39,026 nt of DNA from Chiloscyllium plagiosum (taxonomy: Eukaryota). A program made the translations under genes and the position numbers. Under the pieces are notes generated by a model, which had not been told where the DNA came from, made no database searches, and saw nothing but the letters and a program-made list of their open reading frames with translations. The stretch is from the NCBI RefSeq assembly GCF_004010195.1, contig NC_057719.1, positions 69,243,845-69,282,870 on the forward strand, in the 5' to 3' direction. Of the stretch, positions 1-12,339 are shown in pieces (the first letter of the stretch is position 1; the number at the start of each line of letters is the position of its first letter).

Positions 1-1147
1 AACATCTCAATTGAATTATTGAAATTGATCTCCTTTCAGATGTTCTGTTAGGTTTCTGTACACACAAATCAAATCTGAATTTGGTGAGAGACTGTGTGTC
101 ACAGTGATGCCTTTGAGACACAAAGATATGGGATGAAAATATCTATCTCTGCCTGACAGATGGATGAGCGGCATATGTTTTGAGCCCAAATACCTTAAAT
201 GATGAGACAGAGTGGCAGCAGAGAGGAAGTGAAGTACGTCCTGTATTCTGGATCCCATCACCTGGTGGGATGTCTGTTCAGGTTGAGAAATGGCCTCTTC
301 AGTCACGTGAAGAAACATGTCAAAAACTTGCCATTGAGTTGACATCATCTTCAACATAAGGGATTGTTGCTGTCAACAGGTGGCATATTTGCATTGGCAT
401 TTTGATAGAATCCACCAAATTCCTACCCAGTGAAAGACAATAGCAAAGAATAGTCCACAATTCACACAAACAGTACTGTAGGAGTTGTTGACTCAGTTGT
501 TGCCACACGTCTCTGTCCTATGCTTGTTAACTATCCCTTGGCAGTAATGACAGAGCATAATGCGTACCCAGTATCCTCACCAACATTTTCCCTCATCTTA
601 ACAGAAAAATGTCTTCATATTTGTTGCTTGTAAGATCCCAAACGTCTTGTGCACCCCCCCTTCTCTTTCCTTACCTTACCTGCCTTATGCAGCCTTACTT
701 TGTTGGCATAGCTGACAGGTGGTGTCAGGAGAAATGATGGATCAGTATTTTAAGCCTCTCAGAAAAGATTGTGACCCAGGCAGTTGAGTTCTAAGCCCAC
801 ACACTTCCCTAAATCATGTCCAAGCTAAGTGAATAGATTTCAACAGCAGCAAGAATAATGAGAAGAATTAAAAGGATATAATTCTAATTTAGACTGATTA
901 TTCGACTTTTAAACCATTAGATTTTAAAGTGAAAACCAGTTTAGCATTATAATTAATCAATTTTTTCTTTCAATATCTTGTAAAAATGGCAACCTTAAAT
1001 GGAACAAAATGGAGGTCAAGATGGAGTGGGAAGATCATGTGAGAATCTGCATATAGCGCAAATGATCAACGTAACTGGTTAAACTATCAGTCTCGCGCAC
1101 GATCTTCTCATTCTACAGAAAACTCTAATTTTACTGATCAAAGATTC

Positions 1148-1271
1148 GTAGATTAATAATTGTTTCAAATTTATTCCGATGGAAAGTAAAACCAGTAGGA
1201 AATTCAGACTATTGCCAAAATTATGAACAACGCACCGAAAGTACTTGACCGTTACTATGCAATGTTGATCA
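1148..1271 (+). repeat. Copy 1 of a ~125 bp local direct duplication (partner at 2023-2147)
   Basis: gtagattaataattgtttcaaatttattccgatggaaagtaaaaccagtaggaaattcagactattgccaaaatt... aligns by eye with 2023-2147 at an offset of 875 bp. Confidence 0.9.
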
Positions 1272-1695
1272 GAGATTCAAGACCATTTCCCTGAAGCTCT
1301 CTCCACTGTGCACTTGCCCCAGTGTGCCTGGCAATTTCCACTCAGCTTGGGAAATAATTCTGCTGTCTGTTAGATGCAGAATCAATGGTTAAAACGGCAG
1401 TTAATTGCCTATCATTGTATCAATGCAGTAAAATGACAGCTGTTCAAAGGGGGTCCTCATTTGATTTAAAATCCAGTTAAAAGATGAAACGGGGGGCTGT
1501 GATGCTAAGATCCCAACCTAATGCTAGTTTTGAGGTATTTAGCTCCCCATATTTAGTCAAAACCACCTCCCCTCATCTGAGAAAATTTGGTTTGGTAAAA
1601 TTGACAGTGAGAGAGAGTGGAAACACCGTTAATTATTTATCAGGCCAATCTGCGGTTGTCATATATATTGTCGTTCTAACATTTTCTGTTTTCAG

Positions 1696-1927
1696 TTGAA
1701 TATGAGCTTAATGTTGCATATAGATTAAGTAAAATATATAGGCCGATACTCTGTTTATGACCACTTCTGAACTTAAAAGAAGTTGGTGAAATGTAGATTC
1801 AAAAGAAATTCTCATTGTTACATATGATTTTGGAAGGCTGCCACTATTAGGAATTAAGAGAGGATTATGTTGGATTTTGGTTCTTTCAGGAATTAGGACT
1901 GACTGCAGCTTAGCCTTGGCTACATTG
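1696..1927 (+). pseudogene. Candidate decayed exon, spectrin-repeat-like
   Basis: Acceptor ttttctgttttcag, donor TG|gtatta; frame reads ...LKEVGEM*IQKKFSLLHMILEGCHY*ELREDYVGFWFFQELGLTAA*PWLH with 4 stops; pattern judged by eye only. Confidence 0.25.
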
Positions 1928-2022
1928 GTATTAAATTAAATGCATTTCTGTCTTAGAGTTCATCCTTTAGCCTGTTGTGACTTTGGAGTGACTTCCAAAT
2001 CAATCAAATCAAATTCCTGTCT

Positions 2023-2147
2023 GTAGATTAATGATTGTTTCAAATTTGTTCTGATGGAAAGTAAAACCAGTAGGAAATTCAGACTGTTGCCAAAATTGTG
2101 AAAATATACCAAAAATGATTGATAGTTACTATGTAATGTTGTTATCA
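2023..2147 (+). repeat. Copy 2 of the ~125 bp local direct duplication
   Basis: gtagattaatgattgtttcaaatttgttctgatggaaagtaaaaccagtaggaaattcagactgttgccaaaatt... Confidence 0.9.
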
Positions 2148-2257
2148 TTAATATCTTTAAAGACAAGGCAGCTACATGTTGTGGAGGAAGGAAGTTTCCT
2201 CCAGATTATACTAACCTGCAGATTTTTAATTTTTACACACAGGTAGTCAGTATCACT

Positions 2258-2326
2258 GGTGTCAGATGCTGCCAGAGCTGCTGAGTTTTTCTGTTTTAGT
2301 TTCTGATTTCTAGCATCCAAAGTTCT
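2258..2326. mobile_element. Old single-arm remnant of a Penelope-associated short element
   Basis: cagatgctgccagagctgctgagtttttctgttttagtttctgatttctagcatc is the reverse complement of the arm type seen at 8240-8355. Confidence 0.55.
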
Positions 2327-2376
2327 AAGGTGTCTTTGTCCCCCCCACCAGTGACTTCTTTGTTTTACATATCCAG

Positions 2377-2543
2377 CTGGGCCAGCCTACCTCAGTCAGC
2401 ACTGAGATACAATAGACTGAAACTGGGACCTGTTGCAGCTTGGGGTGACCCATCATGATCAGTAGCCTTCAATAGAACCATCTCGTGCCAACACAAGTAG
2501 TTAAACATAGCATAGAGGTCTGTCTTTAAGAAATCCCATGGAG
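2377..2543 (+). pseudogene. Candidate decayed exon, spectrin-repeat-like
   Basis: Acceptor cttctttgttttacatatccag, donor GAG|gtaatt; phase-2 start reads (x)WASLPQSALRYNRLKLGPVAAW, resembling the RW..L...A......L.....W helix C-to-A pattern; later in-frame stops. Confidence 0.35.
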
Positions 2544-3231
2544 GTAATTTCACTTCAATCTCATCAGAGGGCAAATACATACATTCATAACATGACATAA
2601 GTTTTGTTTGCATCATTACTTTTTATATTGTTAGTTTTCTAAGCAAAAGACCCACTAAGTACTGTTGGAGTGCACTTAGAAGGCAGGTCAGATACTGAAT
2701 CTGTTGGGCTTTGGACAAGGGTTTACACAAGAAAATCTCGTTTTTTTTATATTATAGCTCTAGTTTCTCTTGTCTTCCCATTGCCTTCTGCCTTTTGCTC
2801 CTTTTCCTCCTGGAGCAGCTGAAGACTTGGCCCCTCTGAACATTCCAAGTGTGTAGCATACAATAAGCTAGCATAATTTTGGGAGCTGATTTAGGACAAT
2901 ACCACAGAAGTAACTGGATTCATCTGGGTATACACACCTGCGATTTTCTAAACAAAAGCACTAGATTGAGTGTGCCTCTGATTTTTTTCAACTCTTGGCA
3001 TTTGTGGCCAAATTGCTAACACAAATCATAAACCAAGTGTCGAGTGGATACTATCTGTCTCCAAGATACCCTGCTAGTCAGGGTTGAGGAGGTGGGTGTT
3101 GTGGAATTGAAGACTGGTGTCATAGAAAAGCGTTATATCACATTAGAAAGGGACTTCATCTGACTTTGTTTTGGCCTGAATTTTCAAAGCAATTTGCTTC
3201 TATCATGAGGCAAGGAAATGGGAATGATCTA

Positions 3232-3335
3232 AGCTAAATTCTGGAATTCCTTCCCTACACCTTGACTCCCATATCCTTCATGACCCTCCTTAATCATTTA
3301 CCATGCTTTGCTCACCTGTCTGAATATCTACTTCA
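3232..3335 (+). mobile_element. Old L2-like LINE 3' remnant
   Basis: ctaaattctggaattccttccctacacc...tccttcatgaccctcctta...gctttgctcacctgtc resembles L2 ORF2 ends (LWNSLP...FKTLL); heavily diverged. Confidence 0.4.
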
Positions 3336-3376
3336 CCTCATTGCTGATTTGAAACTGATTATAATATTGAGAGAGG

Positions 3377-3590
3377 GGCAAAAAAACTGCAGATGCTGGA
3401 GTCCAAGGTAGACAGGCAGGAGGTGGGACAACACAGCAAACCAGGTAGCATCAGGAGGTGGAAAGATCGACGTTTTGGGTGTAACCGTTAATCAGCTCCT
3501 GAAGAAGGGTTCCACCCGAAATGTCAACTTCTCCACCTCCTCCAGCTGCCTGGCTTGCTGTGTCCTTCCAGCCTCTTGCTTGTCGACCAC
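3377..3590. mobile_element. Palindromic Penelope-derived short element with 16 bp TSD and decayed hammerhead cores
   Basis: Exact flanking repeat ataatattgagagagg at 3361-3376 and 3591-3606; imperfect inverted arms; ctgaagaagggttccacccgaaatgtc motif near 3499-3525. Confidence 0.85.
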
Positions 3591-3666
3591 ATAATATTGA
3601 GAGAGGCTGTGGACCACTTTTCAACATTAAATGTTCTTTACAAAATGAAATTTGCTGTTCCTACAG

Positions 3667-3876
3667 AGCTGCTTTTTTTTTAAAAAAAATATCTATCACA
3701 GTTGCAATCAAATGACCAAAGTTTCATACAAGGAAGAGGATACAGGAACAATTCAATTGAATCTCTGCTCACTGGTAAATCATTTAATGATTACCACAAC
3801 AAAGAATCAGAAGAATCCATCCAGAAGAGAATGTTCTGTGTTCCAAAGTAATATTTTCTGGTCAAAGATAATCTGT
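3667..3876 (+). other. Possible exon (open, phase 0/0, 210 bp), product not recognised
   Basis: Acceptor ttgctgttcctacag, donor TGT|gtaagt; lies inside ORF 3652-4014; an alternative frame (SQLQSNDQSF...ESEESIQKRM) is also largely open after a T/A homopolymer. Confidence 0.25.
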
Positions 3877-4121
3877 GTAAGTATTCCAATGAAAATGTTT
3901 ATATATAACCTCACCAAGAAATGTTTCTGGGCGATGATTAAACATGATCTTGTAAAGCAGGAGTCCAATCTTCCAACTGAATTTACCAAATCATCTTCAT
4001 GCTTTCAGTGTTAGGAGAAAGCAGAAACATCATTTGCTGGTGTCACATTAAAGAACAGATGTACAATCATGGCTGTAGAGCCCATTAAAGTGCATCTACT
4101 GCTGTACAGCAGAGTACTGAC

Positions 4122-5400
4122 GGGCAAAATTTAATGGAGCCCAGTGGAACAAGGAATGAGGAAGTCAGAAGGGAGGGAGGGGGAGAGGGAGAGTAGTGTT
4201 GGGCTGAGGGCGTAGAGGAGGGGGAGCAGTGGTAGCATCTAATAGTCTGAATCAGGCACTGAGTGACAGGAAGGCAAGACTGCTACATGGAAGCAATGGG
4301 GAGGCAGGGGAGCTTGCTAAGATTTTGCCTTATATGGATGCCTTTGAATAGGATTTAATTGTATCTTGAGAATGTAGCCTTGGCACACAGATCTCTGCCT
4401 GTCAGATCCCCAACCATTCAAAAGGATGCCAGTATCCAGGAGAGGCAGCAAGTACCGAAATGCAAGTGGAGCTGCAATTCATTGGAGTAGAAACTGCTTC
4501 CAATAGGGAAGAGACGGTCATTGCAATCACTCAGCCTGAATGATTCTTGGGTGCCCTGAGTATTGTCTCCACTGTTTGTCTCTCCTCCCATGTATGAGGT
4601 CTCCCAGGCAACTGCTTAGCATTGAAATGGGGAAGTCACCAATGTATTGAGAGTTTCTGTACCAGTAAGATAACATTAATAGCCGGGTGAAGATCCAAAG
4701 CTCCAGCACCATTGCAGCACTTACGTGGGTGCAGGCTGACATAAATGTCGCAATCAAATCTCTATCTGACCAACCAATATTTATAAAACAGAAAGGTCCT
4801 ACTGTATCAACGTTCAAGAGGACATTTGTGTGTCTGTGACATGGACAGCTCACCTGCTGAGGACTCTTGCACAGATGAAAGTGCCTCCTCCAAACCCACA
4901 GATAATTTGGGCATTAGTGTCACTGGCAGAGGGTGGTGGAGTAGCTCTCTTCCCTTTAACAGCCATAAGAAAAAACTCAGTCTGTGGTGGGTTGATGATT
5001 CCCCTCCTCTTGTCACCCACCTCCCTGTCTAGCAGAAAAGGAGAGGGTGTGTGTAATGGGGACTCTTACCATCTGGTCCCCCTCTTATTACTGCTGCATG
5101 GAGCTGGTGTCTAAAGCGATGGTATGCAGTTCTGCATGGCAGCTGGATCTGGCTGCTCAAAAAGATCACAAACCATTCAGGTCCAGGCATTACTGTACAC
5201 AACATCAGCAGCTCTGCTAAAATGGTCCCTCGACTGTCCGTCACTGCAATTACAGTAGACTTTCAGAGGCTGACACCAGAGGCCTGCCATCATCCTAGGG
5301 CACAACATGGATCTGTCTTCCACCATTAACTCAGTCCTTTCATACTGGGTGGGACTTGCATTTGAAGCGGACTAAACTTAAGGAAATAAAATGTCCTCTG
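4122..5400. mobile_element. Probable degraded DNA-transposon (Harbinger-like) relic
   Basis: GC-richer block with weak TIR-like ends (gggcaaaattta ... taaaatgtcct); composition resembles the 13540-15280 block; no transposase motif seen. Confidence 0.25.
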
Positions 5401-5956
5401 TAAAAGTACACAAAATAAACCATGGCCTGTGACTTATGTAAAGTGAGATAATCTGGTAAAACTGATGTTTCATCCATTAGTCACTTTTGCATCACAGAAG
5501 CCTATAGTTTAGAAACACCAATTGTCAGGGAAAGTTTTGAGCAGGCTCAATCATTCCCTCAATGTCATCACATGATTTTAGTACATAACTTTGGGAGTGG
5601 AAGTATGGAAGATATAGGGTGGATTTTTCCCCATCCCTCTACTCTGGGGAGTAAGTCAGATGGAGAGTTGCACAGATATCTGCCTGGAAAATCATTAGTT
5701 GGGGTTGTCTTATCCAGCATTTCAAATAGAACATTGGAAGACTAGGAGAATTTCAAGCAACGGCGGGGGTGGAGAGGGAGGTTATTCAGAGGAATCTCTG
5801 TCAGCCAACTCCAGGACAATTATTTCCATGATGTAGGTGTGAATAGCAGTTCCTGGCCTGCAGTGATTTGACCTGATGCAGTTTAAATGTGATGAATGCC
5901 AGTAATGAATGTTGCGAAGGGACTAGCAAGTACTTCTGCCATAGGAAAGCATGATG

Positions 5957-6070
5957 TGGAGGTGTCTGTATTGGACTAGGGTGCACAAAGTTTAAAAATT
6001 GCACAACACCAGGTTATAGTCCAACAAATAAACCTGTTGGACTATAACCTGGTGTTGTGTGATTTTTAAC
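5957..6070. mobile_element. Short palindromic element, second Penelope-derived family
   Basis: aaaaattgcacaacaccaggttatagtccaaca / tgttggactataacctggtgttgtgtgattttt inverted pair around aataaacc; same arm at 19861-19982. Confidence 0.8.
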
Positions 6071-6859
6071 AGGTAAGTGCAGAATAATGCAAGCTGGTGC
6101 ATACATAAATGTAAAATTACATGAGATAACTTGCTAAATTTCACGAAGAGAAACCTTTCTTGAGATGCTTCAAAATGACACAGCCAATTTTTGATAACAT
6201 TCTACCTGTTATATTTGGATTAGTAAAACAGTTTTTATTGCTGTTTTATAATGTTTATCACTATTTTATTGTTTCAGATCAATATTTATATCTGCAGTGT
6301 TTTCTGATTCACGCACTTTTGGTTAGACATACTGATGTCATTCTATAGTCTAAGAAACAGAAACTCCAGAATTGAGTTGCTCCCAAGCATCCCAGACTCA
6401 CAGGTTACTGGTATTGTTAAATATAATTTCTAGAATTGAGTCTGAATTTGTCCTGTACCATCAACAATGTTTCTCAATATAAAATACCCCCATCATTGAT
6501 TTCAGTCACTGAAGTTGTGAGGTCATTAAACAGGTTAGAAAGGAACTAGTCATAGTGAAGTATTCTCAAAGACACTAATCAAGGAAGTAGCAAGCAGATT
6601 TTATCTATCATTTTGTACAATTTGAGAACTTGGAATAAATATTGGGACTTACACATAGGAACTAACATAAAAGCTGCAACAGTAAAATATCTTAAAATTA
6701 AAAACTATGGAATTTCTTATTTTTGAGGAGACAAAATTGATAGTCTATAAATATAAAATTAGTTTTCCAGGACCAGTCTGTTCAGTAAATATAACTGTAC
6801 ACTGTTTGAAAAACCAATTGAATAACATTCACCAACATGTACTCATTTCATCTCATTCA

Positions 6860-7745
6860 GTAGTTGTACAAAACTAAGGATGTGAGGAAGATGTACAGAG
6901 GTTTCAAGGGGAATAAAACAAGATGAATGAGTGGATAAGGACATCGCAGATGTAAAATTATGTGGAAAATGTGAATGTATCCATTTTAGAAGGAAAAAAT
7001 GCAGACTATTTTCTAATTGGAGTAAAATTTGGAATTGCTCATGTTCAAATGACCTAGACAACATTGTTAATGAGTCACTGAACCTACATACAGTGCAGCA
7101 AATGATTAGAGTGGCAACTGGTATGTTGACATTCATCTCAAAGGGATTTGAGTACAGGAATAAAGATGTCTTGCTATATAATTGCAGAGAGCCTTGATGA
7201 ACCCATACCTTGATTTTTCTGTATTATTTTAGTCATCTCATCCAAGAAAGAATGTACTTGCCACAGAGGAAGTGCAATGAAGGTTCACTAGATTGATCCC
7301 TGGAATGACAGGATGTTCCTGTGAGGGGAGATTGAGGAAACTGGAAGCTCGAGAGTTCTTTAAACTTAAGAATGAGGGGTGATCCCAGTTGGGCATACCA
7401 AATTATTATAGGGGCTTGACAAGGCAGATGTGAAAAATATAACTGCCCAGCTGGGGTTCAAGAACCACGTCAAAGTATTGGAATTAAGGTGTGAACCAAT
7501 TCAGATTGAGATGAGGAGCACCTTCTTCAGTCAGAGGGTGAAGATGTTTTGGCATTCACTGCCCCAGAGAGCTGTGTCATTGAGTACATCCAAAATGATT
7601 TATAGATATGCTAAACATCAAGGGATAAGGGAATAATGGAAGAAATTACATTGAGAAAGAGGATTGGCCATACTCTGTTTGAAAGGCAGCGTAGACTTGA
7701 GAGGCTAAATGGCCAGCTCCTTCTCTCATTTTCCATGTTCCTTTG
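6860..7745 (+). mobile_element. CR1 LINE 3' fragment, old subfamily
   Basis: Translated KCECIHFRRK, ATGMLTFISKGFEYRNKDVLL, RSTFFSQRV..FWHSLP: CR1 ORF2 C-terminal motifs with frameshifts. Confidence 0.9.
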
Positions 7746-8239
7746 TAACCATTATATTGATGAGAATTACAGCAAGACTGAAAGCATAAAAATAAGAGTT
7801 TCATTTCAAATTAATGATTTGCAATTGGAGTTTTATCTAGGAATACACCCTGCAAGGAATCACAGTTTAACAGCATCTTCTGATGGTACATGTGCAATCA
7901 GTTTCAACAGTGCCAATGATGTTGCCACCATCACTGTCATTACACTTATGACATTCAAGTCATTATATAGTATTTGCCATTAAAAATAATCCTGAATTTA
8001 TTTTAATTGGATAAGTAGGGAGCTCAAAAGGCTGAGGAATAGGAAGTTGAGGATAGCAGTGACATTGTATTATGAAATGCTTTATTGAGAGTGGCTACTG
8101 AGGAGGTTAGAATATGAAATGTTATCACAGCAGAGATTAAAATGAGCATTTTGATTGTAATAGGAGAAGTACTTGAAAATGATTTGTACAAGATCGGTTA
8201 AAAGGAAAAAGAAAATGGATTAACTAAAGCAAAATAATG

Positions 8240-8355
8240 AAGGTGTTGTAAATCCAAATTGTAAACAGAAGATGCTGGACATATTCAGCAAGTCAGGCAG
8301 TATCTCTGGAGGGAGAGACCGAGTTAATGCTTCAGATTGATGAGTCTTGCGTCAG
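8240..8355. mobile_element. Old single-arm Penelope-associated short element
   Basis: aaacagaagatgctggacatattcagcaagtcaggcagtatctctggagggagag resembles the arms at 25240 and 38126. Confidence 0.6.
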
Positions 8356-8657
8356 CACTAGATTGGATAGCTGCAGTGGAGCTAAACACTGCTACAGGCA
8401 GGATAACTAAACTGATAGTCTTCTGGGCTTTAAATTTCTGTAGATACGTCCACATTCCAACTGTGATGTTGATACAAAGCAGTTTGGTTTCATCCCAAAC
8501 AAGCAGTTGCAGAACAAATACAGAACAAAGCCTGACATCAGAATGTAGCTTCAAATTCCATTTAGGATTGGTCTTCCATTTATGCTCTATTTATAGTGTA
8601 GGGAAATATTTTTGATTGTATTGAAATAAGATTAAAGTGTATCCATTTTCCCCACAG

Positions 8658-8799
8658 AGTCGCTGGGACAGGCGTTTCTTGTCAACTGAGTTCCTCTGCT
8701 GATAAATTGCATTGAAAAGCAACTTTGGATACAGTCTCTAACAATGGTACTTCCACTAGGCTCTTATACTTTACAATAGCAGATTCTGTGGAATTATAG
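8658..8799 (+). pseudogene. Candidate decayed exon
   Basis: Strong acceptor ccattttccccacag and donor TAG|gtaatg; all three frames contain a stop; pieces SLGQAFL / QLSSSADK / KATLDTVS / QW suggest a frameshifted helical repeat. Confidence 0.3.
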
Positions 8800-9034
8800 G
8801 TAATGAATAACTGTTTTGCACCATTCATGAATATTCTTTTCAAACTAAACTTTTAATTAAATCTTTAAAAAGATGTGAGAATCCTTGTAAAATGAACAAA
8901 AATGTATAACCTGCAGGGAAACCCTTCTTTAAACCATTGATGTGTAATTTTATAATATAATGCCTTTAATTATTAAAATGGCTGAAAAGCCTCATTGGGG
9001 TGGGGTGGAGGTGGGGAAAGAATATCGTATTTTC

Positions 9035-9840
9035 AAGACTCACTAGTGGAGTGCCACAGGGATCAGTGCTGGGGTGACAAGAACAATATATACTTGGACA
9101 AGGCAAGTGGATGCATTAAATCACTGAGTTTGTGGATGACGTAAAAATAAGTAATGAGAGAGCTAAAATAAGAAGTTTACACAAAACCTTGAGCGATTAT
9201 AGACAGGATAAATGAATGGGCAAGAACTTGCAGATGTATCATGTGGGGAAAATGAGATTATGCACTTTGGCAGGAATTATAGAGAAGCTAAAAATTATTT
9301 AAATGGAGAAAGACTTCGGAAAGCTGCAGCACAAAGGGATGTATGGTTCCTCTTGCACAAATCAGAAAAAGCTAACATACAAGTTCAACATGCACTATGA
9401 ATGCTAATGGAATTTTGACTTTTATTTCAAAGGAAATAGAGTAACAAAAATGGGGAAGTCTTGCTAAAACTATACGATGCCCTAGTTCAACCACACCTAA
9501 AACGTTGTAAACAATTTTGTTCCTATTATCAAAGGAAAGATACACCGGCATTCAGGCAGGCCAGAGAAGGTTCATTACATTGATACCAGGTATGCAGGGA
9601 TTTTTATAAGGAGAAGTTGACTACTTACGAAGTTTAGAAGAATGAGACAAACTTATTGAAACATAAAGTCTCTTGGGGGCTTGACAGGGCAGAAGCTGAG
9701 GGGCTGTTTTTCCTTGTGGGAGAATCTAGTTCCAGAGTTCATAGTCCCAGCAAGAAGTCACTCATATAATCCAGAAGAGGAGGCATTTCTTACTGTAGAG
9801 GCTAGGTAATTATATGTATTCAAGGCTGAAATAGGCAGGG
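9035..9840 (+). mobile_element. CR1 LINE RT/3' fragment, degraded
   Basis: TSGVPQGSVLG and EFVDD-like motifs at 9040-9145; EIMHFGRNYREAKNYLNGERL. Confidence 0.9.
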
Positions 9841-10340
9841 GATAGTCCTTTGGCGATTTCCATTATCTCCAGTAAGAAAGCATCACCAAACAATTCTTCT
9901 GCATCCCTAAACTGTCAGGTTCCACTGGTCTGTGCCTTTCACTCCTAATGCTTCTTCAATACCAATGAGACCTTCTCATGCAATTATGGAAGGAATAATA
10001 TTTGCTCGCCTCACAGTTCACATTCAATTGGAGCAGCATTTCACTTGGACTTCTTTCAATCTGGTCTATGGTTTTCACTGCTCACAATGTAATCTCCTTT
10101 ACATTGGCAACACCAAAAGCAGATTGGGTGACCTCTGTGTGAAACAACTCTGTTTTGTCCACAAGAAACTGGAAGGTTGGAATTGCTTTTACCATTTCAA
10201 TGAACCCCATCATTCTGTCATACTAACATTTCTGTCCTGGCCTGCTACAGTGCCAGTGAAGCTCAGTGCAAGTTGGAGAAACAACGCTTTCAGCACTGTG
10301 TAGCCTCTCGGACTCAAAATTGAATTCAACAACTTCAGAA
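9841..10340 (+). mobile_element. Penelope-like element 3' fragment (GIY-YIG endonuclease remnant)
   Basis: ORF 9932-10303 has NLVYGFHCSQCNLLYIGNTKSRLGD, the PLE GIY-YIG signature (VY..C..C...YIG.T.R.L). Confidence 0.85.
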
Positions 10341-10859
10341 CTTGACATCTGTCCTCCATTTCGAATAACTCCAGCCCTTCACATCACCCCTTCCCCGATC
10401 TTTTTAGACTCAGATACAGATTATTCTTGTGTACAGAAAGAGGGTCAGATGTAAACATTCCAACATTCCAAACATTCTAGGCAAACATCCACAAGTCCTC
10501 ATTGCTTGTACACTTTGTAAACTGATCAAATTAAATATTTGAGGACATGACTCTCATGTTAACAAATGTCACTTATTTCCCACAGTTCAAAGATCAGGCA
10601 TTGATTGTGTCTATCCAAAGTCTTATTTCCATTAATATTTCCTTTATCTGCTTTTCTTTACCATCAACTTAGATTTATTTTATTACAAACACTCCTAACC
10701 TAATCTGTATTTAACCCTTTCAGCGTTAAACCTTGCATCGACAATGTTCACATCTGATTGTTTCGTTTTGAAACCAATTTTTAAAAAGCTGCATTTTTGT
10801 TCTTTTTCAAAAGATGCATAGATCTTTTGCCTCCCGGTATGTCCACATTTTAAATGTAC

Positions 10860-11005
10860 GTAGTGACAATTACTGGACGAGTAATCCAAATCCCAGTCAA
10901 ATGTTGAGGACATGGGTTCAAATCCTACATCGGCAGATGGCAAATTTCGAATTAATTTCAATCTGATAATATCCAATTTCATTAGTTTTTTAAAAAATGT
11001 CATGC
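10860..11005 (+). mobile_element. 5' fragment of tRNA-headed SINE (same family as 36622-36954)
   Basis: A-box-like tagtgacaattactgga and B-box gggttcaaatcc followed by ...cggcagatggcaaatt, matching the reverse complement of 36850-36950. Confidence 0.7.
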
Positions 11006-12339
11006 GGTTGAAAGTGTTTAAAATCTAGGCTACTTCATGGGGATTGCTGATAATGATATATTGAGTGATTGCTGGCCATGGTCCTGAATGACACTGGGAA
11101 CTGCTGTCCGCACTTTCTATGTCAACAGTTTAATAGAGAAAAGAACAAATGTGAAAGAGCTCACTAAACTATTCCCACCAGTCTCATGACAAAACAATAA
11201 ACTGGTATTAGGAATAAGGTTAAGGATTTGGGGACCAAAGGTCAGTGATTGACTTTTATATAAGATAAACTATCACAGATCTTAAAATACGTCTACCATC
11301 AACTAATAGAACACACTCAAAATTATAAGCATGATCAGAATTACGAAAAGCAACTTAACCCAGCAAACTTGTTGCATCCCAAGTCTGTGTAAATTGCTAT
11401 TGAAAGTCTTCCAGGCAATCGCAATACTTTTTAAATGCTGCATACAGTATATTAGAAATATTTTAAACATTTTTTATTTAATATCACAGATCAATTATTA
11501 ACAGTAATAGCTAAGAGAAGCCTACATATCAGTACCACTTAATGTTGAATGCAAATTAAAATTGTGCAACTACAAATCTGACAAATTCAACTTTTTTTTT
11601 TAAGAAAGCCAAGTGCACCCTTCCAGCAAAGGTTTGCCCATATGCCAAGTCCAAAGATTATTCTGGGGCATGCAACATATATACTTTGTGCTACTTGCTT
11701 AGTTAACTAATTGCATAGTATAATCAGTGTCTAGTCTGCAGTTGAGTGGCTGAATGGCCAAGTACAGGGGCACAAAATGGTAAGGAGGTAGATCCATTTG
11801 AATCTCTGCTGCCGTGGTTGAAGCCAGATTGCACTTGTTAAAATGTGGAAACTGGAGCAGAGAGAACAGGTGAAAAGGAGGCAAAAGAGAGTGTGTACAA
11901 GAAGAAATAATATAATGATACAACATGCCTGAAAGCAGGCTTTGAAGATTTTCCAATGCTGTACTAGTGACGTTGAGGAGTCCAGAGGCCAGGAAGCCAT
12001 TTAGACCAACTTTTGGAAGATAGTGGGAGGGAATGACAGTAGTCAAAACTGGAGAACATGGATGCAGCGGCCTCAATTACCTCATGTTGGTCAAGATTAA
12101 GAAATACATCTTAAAATGCCACATCCTACCAACTAGTTTCTCACACAGTTTGTTGGATACCACATTCATCGCACTCCACGTTTCAACAATCTCCAACAAT
12201 CATGACTCATACGTAACATTGATAACTTCAGCCCATCCTCAAAGTCTTCACACTGCTGCAAGCCTCATGTGTAGTTTTCTCAGCTTGCCCAAGCTCCATC
12301 TGACTATGGCAGTCATGTCACCCTATCACAAGCACAACA

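Noticed and set aside
16..508. Minus-strand ORFs of 113 and 62 aa, and a ~60-codon plus-strand open stretch (…EETCQKLAIELTSS)
   Set aside because: No recognisable motif or clear splice boundaries; too weak to list even as a candidate exon.
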